A stretch of DNA of 53,165 bases from Chloroflexota bacterium (lineage in GTDB: Bacteria > Chloroflexota > Limnocylindria > Limnocylindrales > CSP1-4): NCBI GenBank assembly GCA_013698095.1, contig JACCVQ010000153.1, positions 1-53,165 of the forward strand, in the 5' to 3' direction. A program made the translations under genes and the position numbers. Below the pieces are notes generated by a model. The model saw nothing but the letters and a program-made list of their open reading frames with translations, was not told where the DNA came from and searched no databases. Position 1 is the first letter of the stretch. Each line of letters begins with the position of its first letter. Shown in pieces: positions 29,720 through 38,320 of the stretch.

Positions 29720-29879
29720 CATATGACAGCCTGGCGAGCCGTATCCAACCGGTGGGAGGCAGGACAGGCAACCTGGCGGGCATTGTCAGCCTCCGGAGGC
29801 AAATTCCGGGCCCCCGCATGCCCGACTGGGCGGGTTGGGGCCGCCGTTCGCTGCCGAGTGCTTACGAGGCTGGCATATG
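29720..29879. repeat. Long imperfect inverted-repeat element
   Basis: CATATGACAGCCTGGCGAGC (29720-29739) vs GCTTACGAGGCTGGCATATG (29860-29879). Confidence 0.65.
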
Positions 29880-30049
29880 AGAACAGCGGAGCGGCCGGCA
29901 CGACCGCGGACGGCCGCGCGATGGCGCTAGGCGGCGCCGACGGGACACTCACTCGGTCTTCACCGGATGGCCACCTCGGGCCGATGGAGTCGCGGAGCTC
30001 CTCTTCGGACCTTGGTGAGTCGATCGCGCTTGATCCTTCATGGAGCGGT

Positions 30050-30949
30050 TCACTCCGTCTTCACGGCGTGCCCGCCGAATTCGTTCCTGAGCGCGGCGAG
30101 GACCTTCGCGCCGTAGGAGTCGTCCTGGCGGGAGCGGAAGCGGGTCAGCAGCGACAGGGTGATGATCGGCGCGGGGACGTCGTGGTCGATCGCCTCCTGG
30201 ACCGTCCAGCGGCCCTCGCCCGAATCGGCGACAAAGCCCTTCAGGTGCTCGAGATCCTGGCCGTTGGCGGTGAACGCCCGGCCCAGGAGCTCCAGCAGCC
30301 ACGACCGCACGACCGAGCCCTGCATCCACAGGTTCGAGATGGCGGCAAGGTCGAGCGGATAGGACGAGGCATGCATGATCTCGAAGCCCTCGGCGTAGGC
30401 CTGCATCAGCCCGTATTCGATCCCGTTGTGAACCATCTTCACGTAGTGCCCGGCGCCCGCCCCGCCGACGTGGAGATAGCCGCCGTCAGGGGCGAGCGAG
30501 AGGAAGATCGGCTCGAGCGGCTTCACCGCCGCTTCGTCGCCGCCGACCATCAGGCAATAGCCGACCTGGAGGCCCCAGATCCCGCCGGACGTGCCGGCGT
30601 CGACGTAGTTGATGCCCTTCTCGGCGAGATCCTTGTGGCGGCGCTGGTCGTCGTGAAAGTTCGTGTTCCCGCCGTCGATGATCGTGTCGCCCGCTTCCAG
30701 GTGCTCCATCAGCTCGGCGATCTGGGCCTCGGTCGCGTCGCCGGCCGGGACCATGATCCAGACCGCCCGCGGCTTCTCGAGCTTCGAGACCAGCTCCTCG
30801 ATCGAGTACGAGGCGATCGCGCCTTCTCCCTCGATCTCCTTCGTCTTCTCAGCGGTCCGGTTGTAGGCGACGACCTCGTGCTCGTCGCGGAGGAGGCGGC
30901 GGACCATGTTCGCGCCCATTCGGCCCAGACCGACGAAACCGATCCGCAT
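30050..30949 (-). CDS. gnd: Decarboxylating 6-phosphogluconate dehydrogenase (short, YqeC-like)
   Basis: 'IGFVGLGRMG', 'IMVPAG', 'IDGGN', 'KMVHNGIEYG', 'DSGEGRW', 'ALRNEFGGHAV'. Confidence 0.95.
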   Translation of the reverse strand: MRIGFVGLGRMGANMVRRLLRDEHEVVAYNRTAEKTKEIEGEGAIASYSIEELVSKLEKPRAVWIMVPAGDATEAQIAELMEHLEAGDTIIDGGNTNFHDDQRRHKDLAEKGINYVDAGTSGGIWGLQVGYCLMVGGDEAAVKPLEPIFLSLAPDGGYLHVGGAGAGHYVKMVHNGIEYGLMQAYAEGFEIMHASSYPLDLAAISNLWMQGSVVRSWLLELLGRAFTANGQDLEHLKGFVADSGEGRWTVQEAIDHDVPAPIITLSLLTRFRSRQDDSYGAKVLAALRNEFGGHAVKTE

Positions 30950-31005
30950 GTTGTGTGGCCCTCCAGAGTGTCGTTGCCGGGGCGTGGACGTGCCCCGGAG
31001 GATGA

Positions 31006-32784
31006 TCAGTCGGCGGGGAGCGCCTCGCGCAGGGCGATCTCGAGCGCGACCAGGCCGCGCTCGACATCGCCGAGGTGAACGCGGAGGATCGGCAGGTCGT
31101 GGGCTTCGATCGCCGCGAAGTCGCCCTCCGCCTGGGCGTCGATCAGGCGGCCGAAGGTGTACGGCCAGCCCGGGATCGGCCGATCGACGGGGTGGTCGGA
31201 GGTCAGTTGCAGGAACCAGCCGCTGGCCGGACCGCCCTTGTGGAGCTGACCGGTCGAGTGGAGAAAGCGCGGACCGTAGCCGGCGGTCGTGGCGTTGCGG
31301 GTCGAGTCCCGGAGGAGGACGCGGATCCGGTCGAGGGCGGCGTCGGCGGCCGCGGACGGGGCGATGAACGCCTGGAGCGCAAGGTAGGCGTTCGGCGTGC
31401 GCCGGGCGAGGTGCCGGGCCAGCTCGCCGACGACCGAGCCGTCGCCGGCGGTCAGACGCAGGGTCGCGTCCCCATGGAGAGCGAGGCCAGTGGTCTCGTC
31501 CGTCACGAGGGCGGGCGGTGGCGCTGTCGGGGCGGCGCCGGATTCGGCGGCGGCCAGGACGGACCGGGTCAGGTTCTTCGCCTCCTCGACGTTGGGCTGG
31601 TCGAACGGGTCGATCCCGAGAACGGCCCCGGCGATCGCGGTCGCGACCTCCCAGCGGAACGCCTCGGCGCCGAGGTCGATCGGGTCGGCGATCTCGATCC
31701 GGATCACGGGACTTCCCGCATTGGCGGCGGCCGTGGCCAGGGCATCGGCCGCGGCGTTTCCGCCGCCGCCGCCGAGCGCCAGCCGGACGAACACGCGATC
31801 GTCGCCGTAGGCGTCGACGGCGCCGAGTGGCTCGCGATCGATCGGAACGATCCCTGACCCGTGCTTGCCGGTGCTTTCGGCGATCAGCTGCTCGAGCCAG
31901 GCGCCGAAGCTGTTGATCTCCGAGTCGGCGAGGATGGTCAACTTGTCGCGCCCTCCCTTCGCCAGCGTTCCGAGGGCGAGCCCCAGGCTGACCCCCGGGT
32001 TCGCGCCGGGCTCGGGCTCGCGACACGCTCCGGCCATCGCCACGGCCGAGGCGAGCAACGCGTCGAGGTCCAGCCCGATCAGGCTGGCAGGAACGAGCCC
32101 GACATAGGTCAGGGCCGAGTAGCGGCCACCGATGTCCGGCGGGTTGAGGAAGACCTCGCGGAGCTCGTCGTGATGGGGAATCGCCTCGACACTCTTGCCG
32201 GGGTCGGTGATCGCGACCATCAGCTCGCCGGCGTGCTCATCGCGGGGAGCGTGCCGCGCCCGAAGCGCCCGCTCGGCGCGGTCCCAGGCGTCGGCCTGGA
32301 AGGCGAGCGGCTCCGTCGTGGTCCCGGACTTGCTGGCGACGATCCAGAGGGTCGCCAACGGATCGAGGTCGTCGACCACCGCGGCGACGGCCGCCGGGTC
32401 GGTCGAGTCGAGGACGCGCAGGTCGAGCCAGCCGTCGGTCGTGCCGAAGGTCTTGTGGAACACGTCCGGGGCAAGGCTGCTGCCGCCCATCCCACCGACG
32501 ACCGCAGTCGTGAAGCCGGCGTCGCGGGCGCCCTCACCGAATCCTTCGAGAGCGGCGATCTGGTCGGTGAAGTGGGCCGGTGCGTCGAGCCATCCGAGGC
32601 GATCGGCGATCTCGCGCTGAACTCGCTCGTTCGCCGACCACAGGCTCGCGTCCCGGTCCCACAGGCGCTCGGCCCAGCGTTCGTCGCGGGCCTGCTCGAC
32701 GGCCGCGTCGTAGGCGGCTGTCGCGTCGCCAAGCTGGAGCTGGGGGATCACCGGGCTGGGCGTTGAGGTCGTTTCGTCAGGCAT
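31006..32784 (-). CDS. pgi: Glucose-6-phosphate isomerase (resembles the PGI part of Tal/Pgi fusions)
   Basis: 'RLGWL', 'GMGGSSL', 'ASKSGTT.E', 'GGRYSAL', 'EQLIAESTGK', 'PFDQPNVE.AK', 'LHSTGQLHKGG'. Confidence 0.88.
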   Translation of the reverse strand: MPDETTSTPSPVIPQLQLGDATAAYDAAVEQARDERWAERLWDRDASLWSANERVQREIADRLGWLDAPAHFTDQIAALEGFGEGARDAGFTTAVVGGMGGSSLAPDVFHKTFGTTDGWLDLRVLDSTDPAAVAAVVDDLDPLATLWIVASKSGTTTEPLAFQADAWDRAERALRARHAPRDEHAGELMVAITDPGKSVEAIPHHDELREVFLNPPDIGGRYSALTYVGLVPASLIGLDLDALLASAVAMAGACREPEPGANPGVSLGLALGTLAKGGRDKLTILADSEINSFGAWLEQLIAESTGKHGSGIVPIDREPLGAVDAYGDDRVFVRLALGGGGGNAAADALATAAANAGSPVIRIEIADPIDLGAEAFRWEVATAIAGAVLGIDPFDQPNVEEAKNLTRSVLAAAESGAAPTAPPPALVTDETTGLALHGDATLRLTAGDGSVVGELARHLARRTPNAYLALQAFIAPSAAADAALDRIRVLLRDSTRNATTAGYGPRFLHSTGQLHKGGPASGWFLQLTSDHPVDRPIPGWPYTFGRLIDAQAEGDFAAIEAHDLPILRVHLGDVERGLVALEIALREALPAD

Positions 32785-32879
32785 CGCGCCCATGGTAGTC
32801 CGACTCCGGGCGGCGGCACCTTGCGCCTGCGTGCCAAGGGCGGTAGACGGTCCGAGTCGTCCGGCGGCCTTGAATCGGA

Positions 32880-33341
32880 TCAGCCGCGCTCGGATGCCTC
32901 GATCGCGAGAACCTTGTCGAGCCTGCGGCGGTGACGTTCCTCGCCGCTGAACCGCGCACCGAGGAAGGCGACGACGCACTCCCACGCCGGCTCCGGGCCG
33001 ATGACCCGCGAGCCGAGTGTCAGGACGTTCATGTCGTCGTGCTCGACGCCCTGGTGGGCCGAGTAGGTGTCGTGGCAGACCGCCGTCCGGATCCCGACGA
33101 CCTTGTTGGCCGCCACGCTCGCCCCGACCCCGGAGCCGCAGATCAGGATTCCGCGGTCGGCCTCGCGGTCGCGGACGGCAAAGGCGACGCGCGCCGCGAA
33201 GTCCGGATAGTCGTCAAACGGGTCCGAGCCGTCACCGCCGAGGTCGATCGCCTCGTGCTCCGTGCCCGACGCGACGAGGCGGCGGAGCAACTCGTCCTTG
33301 AGGGCCGCCCCGGCGTGATCGGCAGCGAAGGCGACACGCAT
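32880..33341 (-). CDS. rpiB: Ribose-5-phosphate isomerase B
   Basis: 'AADHAG', 'DDYPD', '[13 protein letters not shown]', '[10 protein letters not shown]', 'RH.RR'. Confidence 0.95.
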   Translation of the reverse strand: MRVAFAADHAGAALKDELLRRLVASGTEHEAIDLGGDGSDPFDDYPDFAARVAFAVRDREADRGILICGSGVGASVAANKVVGIRTAVCHDTYSAHQGVEHDDMNVLTLGSRVIGPEPAWECVVAFLGARFSGEERHRRRLDKVLAIEASERG

Positions 33342-33748
33342 CAGCCGCCGACCACCGTGACCTGCCGCCCGACGGATGGCCATCCGAGGTCGGTCGTCAG
33401 GATGTCGTCGGCGTCGAGCACGATGGCCGTCGCGACGATGAGGGCATCCGGCAGGGCGAGATTCCGTCCGTTCGAGGCACGTGCTGCCGCAGCCGCGTGG
33501 GCCATGCGTCTCGTAAGTGGCTCAACCGTGGCCGGGAGCTCGTCAATGAACCGCTCGACCTGGTCGACGACGGCCTGGCCCGACCGGAATGGATGCACGA
33601 GGGCCTCGGCGAGCGCGGATGCCGGAATCGCCAGGCGATCACCGCGACGGATCGCGGTCGAGATTGCGGCGACCGCTGCGCCGTGATGCGTGTCCTGCGG
33701 CGACAGCGCCGCGATCACGACCCCGGCATCAACGACCGTCAATCCCAT
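33341..33748 (-). CDS. PIN-domain (VapC-like) toxin
   Basis: Acidic PIN residues in 'VVDAGV', 'LAEAL', 'LPDALI.ATA' and 'LTTD'. Confidence 0.85.
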   Translation of the reverse strand: MGLTVVDAGVVIAALSPQDTHHGAAVAAISTAIRRGDRLAIPASALAEALVHPFRSGQAVVDQVERFIDELPATVEPLTRRMAHAAAAARASNGRNLALPDALIVATAIVLDADDILTTDLGWPSVGRQVTVVGG

Positions 33749-33990
33749 TCGGATCGCAGCTCTTCCAGGGCGCCGAGCGGCCAGACGCCGGGCATCGTGC
33801 CCGCATACCGCTCGATCGCGCTCAAGGCCCTCCGGAGCACGATGTCGCCACTGTCGAGATTTTCGACTCGCAACTCATCTCCGGCCTGAAGGCCTGCCCG
33901 GGCGAGGACGTCGACCGGGATCGTCACCTGATGCTTCGGGCTCACCCGAGTGTACCCGCGCCGCCGCTTGTTCTTTACTCTTTCACCCAT
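33739..33990 (-). CDS. AbrB/MazE/SpoVT-family antitoxin
   Basis: 'TRVSPKHQVTIPVDV...GLQAGDEL.V...G.IVL', ends 'LEELRSEWD'; overlaps the toxin start. Confidence 0.85.
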   Translation of the reverse strand: MGERVKNKRRRGYTRVSPKHQVTIPVDVLARAGLQAGDELRVENLDSGDIVLRRALSAIERYAGTMPGVWPLGALEELRSEWD

Positions 33991-34024
33991 GAGTAAAGAC
34001 TAGCCTCCAGGACCCGTCTGTCAA
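33972..34024 (-). promoter_or_regulatory. Sigma70-type promoter and palindromic operator of the TA module
   Basis: TTGACA (34019-34024), 16 nt, TAGTCT (33997-34002), 6 nt, ATG; perfect inverted repeat TCTTTACTC-N10-GAGTAAAGA (33972-33999). Confidence 0.8.
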
Positions 34025-34027
34025 CGG

Positions 34028-36217
34028 TCAGCTGTGCCCGGGATCCGAGCCGCCGGTCCGGTTCACGCCGGACTCGCCCTCGTCCAGGGTCGGGTGGCTG
34101 TCGTCACCTCCGCCGTTGTCGCCGCTCGGGCCGTGGCCGCGGCGCGGCGCCGGCAGGTGGCCCGGCTCGAGGGTCGCGAGCGGCCCACGGACCTTGCCGC
34201 CGATCACGTCGCGGGCGACCGCGACGACTCGATCGATCGTGAAGCCGAACTTCTCGAAGATCGTGCCGGCCGGAGCCGACGCGCCGAAGTGGTCGAGGCC
34301 AATGATCGCGCCCTCGTCGCCGACCCAGCGGTCCCAGCCGAGCGAGACGCCGGCCTCGATCGCGACACGCGCTCGAACGTCCCGCGGCAGGACGGATTCG
34401 CGATAGGCCGCGTCCTGGAGCTCGAACCGCTCCCAGCAGGGGAGCGAGACGACCCGCGCAGCGATCCCGTCGGCCTCGAGCTTCTCTGCCGCGCCGAATG
34501 CGAGTTGGAGCTCCGAGCCCGTCCCGATGAGGATGACCTGGGGTGTCTTGTCGCCGGAGGCCTCGCGCAGGATGTAGCCGCCGCGCCGGACGCCCTCGCG
34601 CGCGCCCTCGGCCGTGCCCGCGAGCGTCGGCAGCTTCTGACGTGTCAGCGACAGCGCCACCGGCCCGGATGGATCCTCCTGGCCGCGCTCGATCGCCAGC
34701 GCCCATGCAGCGGCCGTCTCGTTCGCGTCGCCGGGCCGGATGAACCACAGGTTCGGAATCGCCCGGAGCGCCGCGTAGTGCTCCACCGGCTGGTGGGTCG
34801 GGCCGTCCTCGCCCAATCCCACCGAATCATGCGTCCAGACGTAGATCACCTGGAGCCCGCTGAGTGCGGCGAGCCGCACGGAGCCGCGCATGTAGTCGCT
34901 GAACGTCAGGAACGTCGCTGCGTATGGGATGAATCCACCGTGGTAGGCGATTCCGTTGGCGATTCCGCCCATCGCGTGCTCGCGGACGCCGAACCGGAGG
35001 TTCCGGCCGGGCGACTCCGGCTCGAACGAACCCTCGCCCTTCACGTCGGTCAGGTTGGATTCGGACAGGTCCGCCGCGCCGCCGAACAGCCGCGGGAGCG
35101 GCTTTGCCAGGGCCTGGATCACGTCCTGACTCGCATTGCGGGTGGCGACCTCGACCGCCTGGGCGTAGGTCGGAAGCCCGGCATCCCAGTCGTCGGGCAG
35201 TTGCCCCTCGATGACCCGCCGCCGGAACGCCGCGGCCACGTCGGGGTGGGCCGACTCGTAGCGGCCAAAGGCTCCGTCCCAGGCTTCGACCAGGTCGTCG
35301 CCGGCCGGGATGGCACGGCGGAAGAGCTCGAGCGCCTCGGGCGGCTCGAAGAATGTCTTGTCCGGATCCCAGCCGTAGGCCTCCTTGACGAGTCTCACCT
35401 CGTCCGGGCCGAGCGGCGCGCCGTGGGCCTTTTGGGTGTCCTGGCGGTTCGGGCTGCCAAAGCCGATATGCGTCCGGACCGCGATCAAACTCGGCCGGTC
35501 GTCGGCTCGGGCCTCCTCGATCGCGGCGGCGATCGCATCGATGTCGTTGCCGTCCTCGACCCGGATGGCGTGCCAGCCGTAGGCCTCGAAGCGAGCGACG
35601 ACGTCCTCGGACCAGGCCATCGAGGTGGGGCCGTCGAGCTGGACGTGGTTGTCGTCATAGAGGGCGATCAGCTTCCGCAGGCGAAGGTGGCCGGCGAGCG
35701 AGGCGGCCTCGGATGCGATGCCCTCCTGGAGGTCGCCGTCGGAGCACAGCGTGTAGGTCCAATGGTCGACGATGTCGTGGCCCTCGCGGTTGAACTCGGC
35801 TGCGAGGCGGGCCTCGGCGATTGCCATCCCGACGGCGTTCGCGAAGCCCTGGCCGAGCGGCCCGGTCGTCGCCTCAACGCCGGGCGTCATGCCGAATTCC
35901 GGATGGCCGGGGGTCTTCGATCCCCACTGGCGAAAAGCCTTCAGGTCGTCGAGCGCGACGTCGTAGCCGGTCAGGTGAAGGAGCGAGTAGAGGAGCATCG
36001 AGGCGTGGCCGGCGCTCAGGACGAAGCGGTCGCGGTCCGGCCAGTCGGGATGGGTGGGGGCGTGGCGGAGGAAGCGGGTCCAGAGCGTGTAGGCCATCGC
36101 GGCGGCGCCCATGGGTGCCCCCGGATGGCCGGAGTTCGCCTGCTGGACGCCGTCGATCGAGAGGGTCCGGATCGTGTCGATCGCGAGGCGGTCGAGGGTC
36201 TCGGTGGCGGTCGGCAT
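34028..36217 (-). CDS. tkt: Transketolase
   Basis: 'ANSGHPG', '[11 protein letters not shown]', 'TPGHPE', 'SDGDLQEG', 'FGVREHAM', '[16 protein letters not shown]'. Confidence 0.96.
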   Translation of the reverse strand: MPTATETLDRLAIDTIRTLSIDGVQQANSGHPGAPMGAAAMAYTLWTRFLRHAPTHPDWPDRDRFVLSAGHASMLLYSLLHLTGYDVALDDLKAFRQWGSKTPGHPEFGMTPGVEATTGPLGQGFANAVGMAIAEARLAAEFNREGHDIVDHWTYTLCSDGDLQEGIASEAASLAGHLRLRKLIALYDDNHVQLDGPTSMAWSEDVVARFEAYGWHAIRVEDGNDIDAIAAAIEEARADDRPSLIAVRTHIGFGSPNRQDTQKAHGAPLGPDEVRLVKEAYGWDPDKTFFEPPEALELFRRAIPAGDDLVEAWDGAFGRYESAHPDVAAAFRRRVIEGQLPDDWDAGLPTYAQAVEVATRNASQDVIQALAKPLPRLFGGAADLSESNLTDVKGEGSFEPESPGRNLRFGVREHAMGGIANGIAYHGGFIPYAATFLTFSDYMRGSVRLAALSGLQVIYVWTHDSVGLGEDGPTHQPVEHYAALRAIPNLWFIRPGDANETAAAWALAIERGQEDPSGPVALSLTRQKLPTLAGTAEGAREGVRRGGYILREASGDKTPQVILIGTGSELQLAFGAAEKLEADGIAARVVSLPCWERFELQDAAYRESVLPRDVRARVAIEAGVSLGWDRWVGDEGAIIGLDHFGASAPAGTIFEKFGFTIDRVVAVARDVIGGKVRGPLATLEPGHLPAPRRGHGPSGDNGGGDDSHPTLDEGESGVNRTGGSDPGHS

Positions 36218-36281
36218 GGAGGTGGGCTCCCGCTGGTCCGGATCGGGTCGCTGTCCGGGTCGCTGCGGCTATCCTCGCAGC

Positions 36282-37244
36282 ATGTCCCCGTCGCTGCCGG
36301 TCCGCCGCCGGTCCCGTTCGGCCGGCCTGCGGCCGCCGCGCGTCGCCGTCCTCGGCGACCTGATGGTCGACGTCGTCCTGGCTCCGGTCCGTCCGCTCGA
36401 AAGCGGAACCGACGTGCCGGGCACGGTCGCACTGCGCCAGGGTGGTTCGGCGGCGAACACGGCGCGCTGGCTGGCAAGGCTCGGGGCCCGGTCCACGCTG
36501 ATCTGCGCGGTCGGGCGAGATCCGGAGGGCCGGGCGTTGATCGGCGCGCTGAAGGCCGACGGGGTCCGCGTCCGCGCGAGCCGCGTCGCCGGGGAGCGGA
36601 CGGGGCGGATCGGGGTCCTCGTCGCGCCGGGCGGCGAGCGCTCGTTCGTGGCGGATCGGGGAGCCGCCGATCGCCTTGCGCCGGCGGACCTCGCCGCCTC
36701 GACGTTCCGTGCCGACCTCATCCACCTTCCCGCCTACTCGCTGCTCGGGGAGCCGCTGGGCTTGGCCGGTCGGCGCGCGATCGAGCTGGCCCGTGCCGCA
36801 GGGGCGCTCGTCTCGCTCGACCTCGCGTCGGTCGGGCCGCTGCTGGCCGACGGCCGGCGGGCCGCGCTCCGGCTCGTCCGCGACGCTGCACCCGACGTCC
36901 TGTTCGCGACCCGGGTCGAGGCCGAGGCGATCGCGGGTGGTCGAGACCTGTCGAAGCTGACCGACCTGGCGGCGATCGTCGTGGTCAAGCGCGGCCGGAG
37001 CGGCGCCACGGTGATGGCCGGGCCGCCCGACGCGCGGTTGGCCTTCGACGTCGCGACGGCCCCGCTGGACGCTCACGACACGACGGGCGCCGGCGACGCG
37101 TTCGACGCCGGGTTCCTCATGGCGTGGCTGGCCGCGGAGCCGGCGGCACGCAACCGACCAGCCACGCTCCGGCGGGCGGTTCTTGCCGCCCACCGCGCCG
37201 CGGCTCGGCAGCTCGGCGTGGCGCCGCGGGACATCGCGCTGTGA
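36282..37244 (+). CDS. PfkB-family kinase (possible pseudouridine kinase)
   Basis: 'GGSAANTA', 'VVKRGRSGA', 'DTTGAGDAFDAGF'; directly upstream of psuG. Confidence 0.88.
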   Translation: MSPSLPVRRRSRSAGLRPPRVAVLGDLMVDVVLAPVRPLESGTDVPGTVALRQGGSAANTARWLARLGARSTLICAVGRDPEGRALIGALKADGVRVRASRVAGERTGRIGVLVAPGGERSFVADRGAADRLAPADLAASTFRADLIHLPAYSLLGEPLGLAGRRAIELARAAGALVSLDLASVGPLLADGRRAALRLVRDAAPDVLFATRVEAEAIAGGRDLSKLTDLAAIVVVKRGRSGATVMAGPPDARLAFDVATAPLDAHDTTGAGDAFDAGFLMAWLAAEPAARNRPATLRRAVLAAHRAAARQLGVAPRDIAL

Positions 37245-38182
37245 TCGGCGACCGCTTGGTCGTAGCCCCCGAGGTCGCGGCTGCGCTTGCCGCCCGCCGG
37301 CCGGTCGTCGCGCTCGAGTCGACGTTGATCAGCCACGGGTTGCCGTATCCCCAGAACCTCGAGGTGGCGCGTGCGTCCGAGGCGGCGGTCCGCGAGAGCG
37401 GCGCGGTTCCGGCGACCGTGGCAATCCGCGACGGGCGGCTGCTGGCCGGTCTGGACGAGACGGCGCTCAAGGCGCTCGCGACCGCGCCGGCGGGCTCGGT
37501 CCGGAAGGCGGCGCGGCCGTCGCTTGCGGTCGCGCTCGCGGCCGGCGGCTGGGCGGCGACGACGGTCTCGGCGACGATGATCGCGGCGCACGCAGCGGGG
37601 ATCCGGGTCTTCGCGACGGGTGGGATCGGGGGCGTCCATCGCGGCGCGATCGGCGGGCCGGCGCCGACCCTCGACATCTCGTCGGACCTCGAGGAGCTCG
37701 GTCGGACCCCGCTGGTCGTTGTCTGCGCCGGCCCGAAGTCGATCCTCGACATTCCCGCCACCCTCGAATACCTGGAGACGAGCGGTGTGCCCGTCGTGAC
37801 GATCGGCCAAGCCGAGCTGCCCGGGTTCTACAGCCGATCCTCGGGCCTGCCGTCGCCGCTGACCTCTCCGAACGTCGCAGGCCTCGCGGCGATCGCCCGG
37901 ATCCATCTGGAGCTCGGGCTCGGCGGCGTTCTCGCCTGCGTGCCCGTGCCGGAGTCCGAGGCACTCCCCGCTGACGTGGCACGGGACGCGATCGAGCGCG
38001 CCATTCGCGAGGCCGAGGCCGCCGGCATTCACGGCCCCGCGACCACTCCCTGGCTCCTCGCCCGGATCGCCGAGTTGACCGCGGGCGCCTCGATCCGAAT
38101 GAATACTGCGCTGATCGTGAACGACGCCCGGGTGGCGGGCGAGCTGGCGGTCGCCCTGTCGATCGGGGACGTCGAGGGCTGA
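37241..38182 (+). CDS. psuG: Pseudouridine-5'-phosphate glycosidase (PsuG/IndA family)
   Basis: 'VALESTLISHGLPYPQN', 'ATTVSATM', 'TGGIGGVHRG', 'DISSDL.EL', 'CAGPKSILD..TLEYLET'. Confidence 0.92.
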   Translation: MIGDRLVVAPEVAAALAARRPVVALESTLISHGLPYPQNLEVARASEAAVRESGAVPATVAIRDGRLLAGLDETALKALATAPAGSVRKAARPSLAVALAAGGWAATTVSATMIAAHAAGIRVFATGGIGGVHRGAIGGPAPTLDISSDLEELGRTPLVVVCAGPKSILDIPATLEYLETSGVPVVTIGQAELPGFYSRSSGLPSPLTSPNVAGLAAIARIHLELGLGGVLACVPVPESEALPADVARDAIERAIREAEAAGIHGPATTPWLLARIAELTAGASIRMNTALIVNDARVAGELAVALSIGDVEG

Positions 38183-38220
38183 CGCCCCGAGGCGGCGAAG
38201 GACGCCAGGCCAAGCGCCCG

Positions 38221-38240
38221 TGTGAGATGGATATCTCACA
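38221..38240. promoter_or_regulatory. Palindromic putative operator
   Basis: TGTGAGAT-ggat-ATCTCACA, 40 nt upstream of TAGACT (38281-38286). Confidence 0.45.
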
Positions 38241-38320
38241 GGTGGATGACGCGCCCCTTCCCAAACCGGCTCACCTGACGTAGACTCCGCGATCCACTGA
38301 CCGTCCCACCGGGGAGCCCT

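Noticed and set aside
34034-37240. 1382-aa ORF on the + strand
   Set aside because: Antisense shadow of tkt and off-frame to the PfkB gene; only the last 313 codons (psuG, from 37241) are real
38221-38240. CRP/FNR site
   Set aside because: Half-site spacing is 10 nt rather than 6
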